Both the position numbers and the translations under genes were made by a program. Below the pieces are notes generated by a model. That model saw nothing but the letters and a program-made list of their open reading frames with translations. It did no database searches and was not told where the DNA came from. A stretch of DNA of 64,000 bases from a virus: IMG/VR virus record IMGVR_UViG_3300009068_004979; one strand, 5' to 3'. Position 1 is the first letter of the stretch. Each line of letters begins with the position of its first letter. Positions 58,677 through 64,000 of the stretch are shown piece after piece.

Positions 58677-59417
58677 ATGATCAATAATTCTACCATCTTC
58701 CTCAGTGACGATAAGATATTCTATACAATTGAAGGTGAAGGAGAACACATAGGTAAGCCCTCTGTATTCATGAGATTATCCATGTGCAATCTCACATGTC
58801 AGGGCTTTAAATCAGCTGATGCTCCCTATGGTTGTGATAGTTTTATAAGCTGGTCAGTTAAAAATAAGCTCACAATACAAGACATTTTAAATATGCTTGA
58901 ATCTAATGGATATACGCGATATTTGCAGAATGGTGCTATTTGGAAGATAACTGGTGGTGAACCGCTTATTCAGCAGAATAAGCTTCTAGAACTTGTTGAT
59001 CAATATATATTTAGATTTGGTTATATACCGAAGATTGATTTTGAAACTAACGCTACCATTATGCCTGATCAGCAATGGCTTGATTGGAAGGCTACATTTA
59101 CAACATCACCAAAGCTGAGTAATAATGGTGATCCCGTTGAGAAGAGATATAAACCTGAAGTATTGAAATGGCATGCTAAAAATGGATCAGGGTTTAAGTT
59201 TGTTGTGAATGGGCCCACCGATCTAAATGAGGTAATGTCACGATATATCAATGATCTTGGTGTTCCAAAGCATCGTGTATGGCTCATGCCATGCTGCGGC
59301 AGCAGAGATGAACATACAGTAAAAGCTGCAGCAATCGCAGAGATTTGTAAAGAAAATAATTTTAATTTCAGTCCACGGCTACAGCTAGTCATCTGGGATA
59401 AAGCGCTCAAGGTATAA
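58677..59417 (+). CDS. queE: 7-carboxy-7-deazaguanine synthase QueE (radical SAM)
   Basis: FYTIEGEG, PSVFMR, CNLTC..CD, ITGGEP, ETN, SPKL, FKFVV, SPRLQ. Confidence 0.92.
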   Translation: MINNSTIFLSDDKIFYTIEGEGEHIGKPSVFMRLSMCNLTCQGFKSADAPYGCDSFISWSVKNKLTIQDILNMLESNGYTRYLQNGAIWKITGGEPLIQQNKLLELVDQYIFRFGYIPKIDFETNATIMPDQQWLDWKATFTTSPKLSNNGDPVEKRYKPEVLKWHAKNGSGFKFVVNGPTDLNEVMSRYINDLGVPKHRVWLMPCCGSRDEHTVKAAAIAEICKENNFNFSPRLQLVIWDKALKV

Positions 59418-59421
59418 TGAG

Positions 59422-59655
59422 ATGAAATTTGTACCACGCAGAAGAACAGAATATGACAACAATGGAGTCATGACTACATATGATTATGTTACATCTGCAG
59501 ACATATTGGCACGACATGGTCAAGCATTTGCAACACAATTCCTGAGCTTTGCAACAGGATTACCGCAACTGTCTGCTGATGGTAAAATTGGTTATTATTA
59601 CGAAGATTACAAGAAAATAGCATATCGTACAGACATGTTTATCAGCAATGGCTAA
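59422..59655 (+). CDS. Hypothetical protein
   Basis: 77 aa ORF directly after queE. Confidence 0.6.
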   Translation: MKFVPRRRTEYDNNGVMTTYDYVTSADILARHGQAFATQFLSFATGLPQLSADGKIGYYYEDYKKIAYRTDMFISNG

Positions 59656-59692
59656 TTGTTGCAAATATTCCATAAACCATTAAAATAGTATA

Positions 59693-60430
59693 ATGAGAAT
59701 TGCCATATGTGGAAGTGCTTGCCAAGGTAAAACTACTCTTGTTAACGATTTTATAAAAGCCTGGCCTAATTATAAAAAATCTGCAGAATCATACCGGGAG
59801 GCAATAAAGAAAGAAAATCTCAAGATTAACAAAGAGATCAACAAAGACAGTCAATGGAAAATTTTAAATTGTCTTATTGATGATGTTCAGAAGACAAACA
59901 AGAACGACTATGTAATTTTTGATCGGTGTCCAATTGATAATCTTGTATATTCTCTCTGGAGTTTTGAGAAACAAACATCAGATATTGATAGAGAATTTAT
60001 TGACAAATGCATTCCACTAGTTCGTGAAAGCATGAAGTTTATTGATATTATCTTCTTTGTACCCATTACAAAAGTTGCCCCGGTGCAGATTGAACCAAAA
60101 GATAATCGAGAGATTGATAAAGAATTTATAGAAGAAACAGATAATATTTTTAAGGCTATTGAATATAGCCTGATGAACAAAGGAACCTGCCCCTTCTTCA
60201 ATGATGATGATAGACCACCAATCATTGAAGTGTTTGGTTCACCAGAGCAAAGAATAGAAATTATTAAGCTATATGTTAATAAGGACGGGGATGTTGTTGA
60301 TGACGGGAGTAGTGTTTTGAGCACAGAAAATATTGATATGATGGAAAAGCTTCTCAGAGAACAAAGAGAAGCCGGTTATCAAGAGAAAATCGAACAAAAA
60401 TTAAAAAATAAAATCATCCTTGGTGAATAA
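59693..60430 (+). CDS. P-loop nucleotide kinase (dNMP kinase/NadR-like)
   Basis: GSACQGKTTL, FDRCPIDNLVYS. Confidence 0.8.
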   Translation: MRIAICGSACQGKTTLVNDFIKAWPNYKKSAESYREAIKKENLKINKEINKDSQWKILNCLIDDVQKTNKNDYVIFDRCPIDNLVYSLWSFEKQTSDIDREFIDKCIPLVRESMKFIDIIFFVPITKVAPVQIEPKDNREIDKEFIEETDNIFKAIEYSLMNKGTCPFFNDDDRPPIIEVFGSPEQRIEIIKLYVNKDGDVVDDGSSVLSTENIDMMEKLLREQREAGYQEKIEQKLKNKIILGE

Positions 60431-60438
60431 ATATTTTG

Positions 60439-60654
60439 GTGAGCGATTTCACTAAAAACTACGAGAGTATCCTTGAGAATTATGGTTGCATAAAAACAAC
60501 ACGTAGAGAATTTTATCCAAAAAATTTCAACCTTTCAGAAGACTTTGTCAATTCCTTTAAGAAAGAATACAAAAGACTAGTAGGCGAGGGTGTACACCCA
60601 CGCAGAGCTTTGCAGCGCATTAACAAAGCGCTATTGTTTCACGCAAGAGATTAA
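60439..60654 (+). CDS. Small late hypothetical protein
   Basis: GTG start 5 nt after TAAATA 60428-60433; MSDFTKNYESILE. Confidence 0.65.
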   Translation: MSDFTKNYESILENYGCIKTTRREFYPKNFNLSEDFVNSFKKEYKRLVGEGVHPRRALQRINKALLFHARD

Positions 60655-61349
60655 TAGGTATATAGCATTCTCCAATAAACATTGGATGTTGTTACAACAC
60701 CAGCTACATTTATTGTAAAGTTTAGCGCCTGGCCCACCTGTGTAATAGAGCTCACATAAGGTGCACCAGAAAGACTCACATCAGCTGCTACTGTAAAATG
60801 TGAAGGCTTGATAACTGTTGCATTTCCTATGTCTGGGTAGTTTGTAAAAAAGCTTCCGATGCTGATAGTCTGCGGTGTATTATTGGAGAATTGTGTTGCA
60901 CTATATAGATCAATTATTCTCTTATAGACTGTGCTTTGATATGCTGTAACAGCAGGAACAAATATTTGTGTTATAGATGTATAATCAGGCGAACCTGATA
61001 ACACATATGAGGCACTTGTCACAAGCCCGTTTACTACAGAAAAAAAGTTATTATATGTTGGAGTAGGAGCTAGTGATGTTGTAGTGCCCTGTACACCATT
61101 AGAGAAGAATGCTGCTCCAGATATAGATTGTGAGTTTAATGATGTTATTGTAAAACCATTGCCTGTCAAATCGCCTGTAACAGTAGCATTACCAGCTATA
61201 TCTGCACGCACAACATTAAAATTCTGAAAAGGAATAGTCTGTGTTCCATTCTGTGTCTGCAGAATAACGAGATCTCCATCTACTGCTTCTTGAGCTTGCG
61301 GAAGATTGCCGATATTTACGTAGATGCTATTTGATTTATTAATGGCCAT
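60651..61349 (-). CDS. Late structural (fibre/baseplate-like) protein
   Basis: INIGNLP-like N-terminus (IGNLPQAQEAVDGDLVILQT), T/S/N-rich beta content; TATAAATA upstream. Confidence 0.65.
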   Translation of the reverse strand: MAINKSNSIYVNIGNLPQAQEAVDGDLVILQTQNGTQTIPFQNFNVVRADIAGNATVTGDLTGNGFTITSLNSQSISGAAFFSNGVQGTTTSLAPTPTYNNFFSVVNGLVTSASYVLSGSPDYTSITQIFVPAVTAYQSTVYKRIIDLYSATQFSNNTPQTISIGSFFTNYPDIGNATVIKPSHFTVAADVSLSGAPYVSSITQVGQALNFTINVAGVVTTSNVYWRMLYTY

Positions 61350-61382
61350 CGTTAATATTTATATTATAATATAGTATTATAT

Positions 61383-62198
61383 ATGGGAAAAATAGGTATT
61401 GGTATAGTTACATGCAACAGACCTGAATTCTTTCTAAAGTGTTTAAGATCAATTCCTGATGATAATCTAATAGCTGTAGTAAATGATGGAAGCGATTTTG
61501 AAGATATAAGTAGACTTCAGAAAGAGAAAGCGTTTACATATTTTCATAACGAGAAAAACATTGGCGTAGGCAGGTCAAAAAATAAACTTTTCCGCTATCT
61601 TCTAGATAGCGATTGTGACCATATTTTTATAATAGAAGATGATATCATAGTAAAAGATTCAAAAGTATTTGATGCTTATATTCAAGCACGCAATATTACT
61701 GGCATTCAGCACTTCAATTTTGGATATCATGGCCCTGCCAATAAGAATGGTGTATCTGGCGGCCCGCCAAAGCCACGATTCATTGTTGACTACGGTGACA
61801 TGAAGATTGCTATAAATCAACACAGCGTTGGTGCATTCTGTTATTACACAAAAGAGTCACTCGAAAAAGCAGGTCTAATTGATGAAGAGTTCACAAATGC
61901 ATTTGAGCATGTGGAGCATGACTACAGGCTACATAAAGCGGGGTTTGCACCACCATATTGGAATTTTGCAGATTTAGCCAACAGTATGGATTATCTTGAT
62001 GAGATTGAATGTTCTGAAAAGAGTAGCGCTATTCGTCCAAGAAGTGATTGGATGGATAATATAAAAAGAGGTGTAGAAACCTTTAAAAAGAAACATGGCT
62101 ATTTACCTGCATGGCAAGGCTGTGTGCCTGATTCTTCAGAATCTCAAGTAAAGGATATATTGAAAAAAATCTATAAAAAACATTCTATAAAGAATTGA
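61383..62198 (+). CDS. Glycosyltransferase family 2
   Basis: IVTCNRP, VVNDGS, NIGVGRSKN, IIEDD, EHVEH. Confidence 0.88.
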   Translation: MGKIGIGIVTCNRPEFFLKCLRSIPDDNLIAVVNDGSDFEDISRLQKEKAFTYFHNEKNIGVGRSKNKLFRYLLDSDCDHIFIIEDDIIVKDSKVFDAYIQARNITGIQHFNFGYHGPANKNGVSGGPPKPRFIVDYGDMKIAINQHSVGAFCYYTKESLEKAGLIDEEFTNAFEHVEHDYRLHKAGFAPPYWNFADLANSMDYLDEIECSEKSSAIRPRSDWMDNIKRGVETFKKKHGYLPAWQGCVPDSSESQVKDILKKIYKKHSIKN

Positions 62199-62228
62199 TT
62201 TTATAACATTTTATATTACAATATTATT

Positions 62229-62663
62229 ATGGAACGCAAATACCTGCCAACTTTTTCCGAATTAGTAGATCGCTTAACCATTGTTCTGCTTAAGAGCATC
62301 TTTATCCCGCAAAATAAAAAACAATACGACCAGGAGATAGTCGATATTAAGCATGATATTGACGTAATAATTAAAGAGAAAAATCTTGTACTCAATAGTG
62401 ACATCATCAAGTCTGTTTGTATTATTATGCTTGCCAATAGATACATCTGGGAGAACGAAAGCAAGTGCCGCACAGGAGAATCCCAAGACCTATCATTACT
62501 CAAACTCACGCACTCAATTAATGGCATTCGCAATACAGCAAAAAATATCTTAGCAAAAGAATTTAAAGAACGCCAGGATCTTAAAATTGATTGTCTTGCT
62601 GCTGAGCTTCTTTCAGATTTTCAAAACTGGGATATTTTCAAAGATTATGAAAACAAAAAATAA
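62229..62663 (+). CDS. Hypothetical helical protein of glycosylation clusters
   Basis: SELVDRLTIVLLK...N..IWE.E...R...N..R pattern. Confidence 0.65.
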   Translation: MERKYLPTFSELVDRLTIVLLKSIFIPQNKKQYDQEIVDIKHDIDVIIKEKNLVLNSDIIKSVCIIMLANRYIWENESKCRTGESQDLSLLKLTHSINGIRNTAKNILAKEFKERQDLKIDCLAAELLSDFQNWDIFKDYENKK

Positions 62664-62988
62664 GAATAAAAAAGATATGCCTTTTGGCGAATATTATAAA
62701 CACTATCTCAAGAAGCATACAAACTTAATCAACAGGCGCTTGCATGTTATCGGCCAGCTCACAACAATCGGATATGTGACTACCGCTATCTATCTTGCAG
62801 CTACGCATAATCTCGGATGGTTGCTTCTCCTCATAGGAGCACCCTTTGTTGTATATCCTTTTGCATGGTCAGGTCATTTTTTCTTTGAGAAGAATAAACC
62901 TGCTGCGTTTAAGAACCCATGGAAAGCTAAAGCTGCTGACTGGGTTATGCTCAAAGATATTCTCCTAGGTAGAATTAAGCTTTTTTAA
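62647..62988 (+). CDS. DUF962/Mpo1-like membrane protein
   Basis: YLKKH...NRRLHVIG...YPFAWSGHFFFEKNKPAAFKNP; start moved from TTG 62587 to ATG 62647. Confidence 0.82.
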   Translation: MKTKNKNKKDMPFGEYYKHYLKKHTNLINRRLHVIGQLTTIGYVTTAIYLAATHNLGWLLLLIGAPFVVYPFAWSGHFFFEKNKPAAFKNPWKAKAADWVMLKDILLGRIKLF

Positions 62989-63518
62989 TGAGAATAAAAG
63001 AAGCAAGTAACACCATACAAGATCTTCTTGTATTTGAGCCTACTGTTTACAGAGATCACAGAGGTGAAAACGTTGAAACATTTAACCCTGAATTTTTCGA
63101 AAAAGCACTTTGCATTGTTGATGAGATACGGACTAACAATCTCAAATTTACAATAGATTCATTTTCGTTTTCCAGAAAAAATGTATTACGTGGGTTTCAT
63201 GGTGACACAAAAGCATGGAAATTAATTCAATGCGTGCAAGGTAGCATATATTTTGCTGTGGTCGATCTTCGTAAAGACTCACCCACATATAAAAAAGTAC
63301 AGACTTTTACTATAGATGATAAAAACCGCTATCAAGTACTTGTGCCTCGCGGGTGTGTTAACGCGCATCTCTGCTTAACAGATACTTGTATTTTTAACTA
63401 TAAGCTCACTTATGGATATGTTCAGCAACATGATCAGATTACATTAAAATGGAATGATCCAGAATATAAAATATTCTGGCCTATTAAAGAACCTATTCTA
63501 TCATTAAGAGATTCATGA
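62988..63518 (+). CDS. rmlC: dTDP-4-dehydrorhamnose 3,5-epimerase
   Basis: DHRG, VLRGFHG, VVDLRKDSPTY, VPRGCVNAH, WNDP, PILSLRD. Confidence 0.92.
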   Translation: MRIKEASNTIQDLLVFEPTVYRDHRGENVETFNPEFFEKALCIVDEIRTNNLKFTIDSFSFSRKNVLRGFHGDTKAWKLIQCVQGSIYFAVVDLRKDSPTYKKVQTFTIDDKNRYQVLVPRGCVNAHLCLTDTCIFNYKLTYGYVQQHDQITLKWNDPEYKIFWPIKEPILSLRDS

Positions 63519-64000
63519 AAAACACAGTACTTATCACCGGCGGAGCCGGCTACATTGGAACAAAGTTAGTTCAAAAACTAGCAACACTAGATAGCGTAAA
63601 AAAGGTTATTGTTTATGATAATCTTATGTATAAACAAGATGGGCTGTTTCCGTTTCTTTGCGATCCAAAAATTGAGTTTGTTTATGGCGATGTCAGAGAA
63701 GAAAAAAAGCTTGAGAAGCTTGTTCAAGAAGCTGATGTCATTATACCATTAGCAGCCATAGTAGGATTTCCTGCTTGTGCCAAAGACCCTGATACAGCTA
63801 ATAAAATTAATAACCTGCACGTTCAGCTTATCGTAAATAAAGCTCGTAAAGATACAAAAATAATCTATCCCAATACAAACAGCGGATATGGCGTTGGTGA
63901 GGATGGTGTATATTGTACAGAGAAAACACCTTTGAATCCTATTTCAGTCTACGGTGTAACAAAATGTGCAGCAGAAAAAAGCGTACTCGATACTGGCGGT
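63515..64000 (+). CDS. NAD-dependent sugar epimerase/dehydratase, partial
   Basis: Not in the ORF track; manual translation gives MKNTVLITGGAGYIG...LAAIVG...YGVTK, open to the window end. Confidence 0.9.
   Translation, partial: MKNTVLITGGAGYIGTKLVQKLATLDSVKKVIVYDNLMYKQDGLFPFLCDPKIEFVYGDVREEKKLEKLVQEADVIIPLAAIVGFPACAKDPDTANKINNLHVQLIVNKARKDTKIIYPNTNSGYGVGEDGVYCTEKTPLNPISVYGVTKCAAEKSVLDTGG

Noticed and set aside
280-62533. Numerous 60-150 aa ORFs antisense to or nested in long genes (e.g. 280-531, 9981-10433, 11978-12391, 21831-22190, 59069-59437, 59908-60324)
   Set aside because: Shadow frames of well-supported genes; no motifs or promoter pattern.
3747-62646. Longest-ORF starts at 3776, 27454, 37864, 48586, 60436 and 62587
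   Set aside because: Downstream starts fit the promoter spacing or reduce implausible overlaps.
1-64000. Stop-codon reassignment
   Set aside because: Standard-code ORFs tile the window almost completely, and TAA, TAG and TGA all end genes.
1-64000. CRISPR array, tRNA genes, DGR or tandem repeats
   Set aside because: Intergenic gaps are nearly all under about 60 bp. I saw no repeat-spacer periodicity, cloverleaf or reverse transcriptase by eye; a tRNAscan/CRISPR scan would confirm.
1-64000. Cellular or eukaryotic giant-virus origin suggested by RFC-like, PolB and UER1-like genes
   Set aside because: Contractile tail, gp17, gp55, gp32 and UvsX/W/Y clearly indicate a T4-like bacteriophage.

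Overview
This window is a gene-dense, AT-rich segment of a large T4-like (myovirus) bacteriophage genome read in the standard genetic code. About 1-23.5 kb is mostly morphogenesis: baseplate gp6/gp25/gp53/hub, tape measure, tube, sheath, terminase and neck, with dUTPase and the clamp loader embedded. About 23.5-48.6 kb is a T4-type replication/recombination block (primase, clamp, SSB, helicase, UvsX, PolB, gp46/47, gp55 sigma, UvsW, UvsY). Nucleotide-sugar enzymes, glycosyltransferases, QueC, a class II amidotransferase and a ribosomal protein bS21 are interleaved in it. About 48.6-64 kb holds a cluster of late accessory proteins, FolE/QueD/QueE, PhoH, a P-loop kinase and the start of a sugar-modification operon. 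Four patterns go beyond the gene list. (1) There are two promoter classes, TTGANN-N16-TANNNT and TAAATA, both about 5-8 nt from start codons with no Shine-Dalgarno, implying a largely leaderless transcriptome in a phage that carries its own bS21. (2) About 16 mostly late-promoter genes share T4 capsid-targeting/prohead-protease-like N-termini; they include a nuclease-like + ligase-like + HIGH nucleotidyltransferase trio and an aspartic protease, suggesting a virion-packaged enzyme kit. (3) A 7-deazaguanine pathway is physically coupled to glycosyltransferases and deoxysugar synthesis. (4) A promoter-led hairpin lies at the early-gene strand switch in front of queD. All product calls come from motif recognition and synteny, not database searches.
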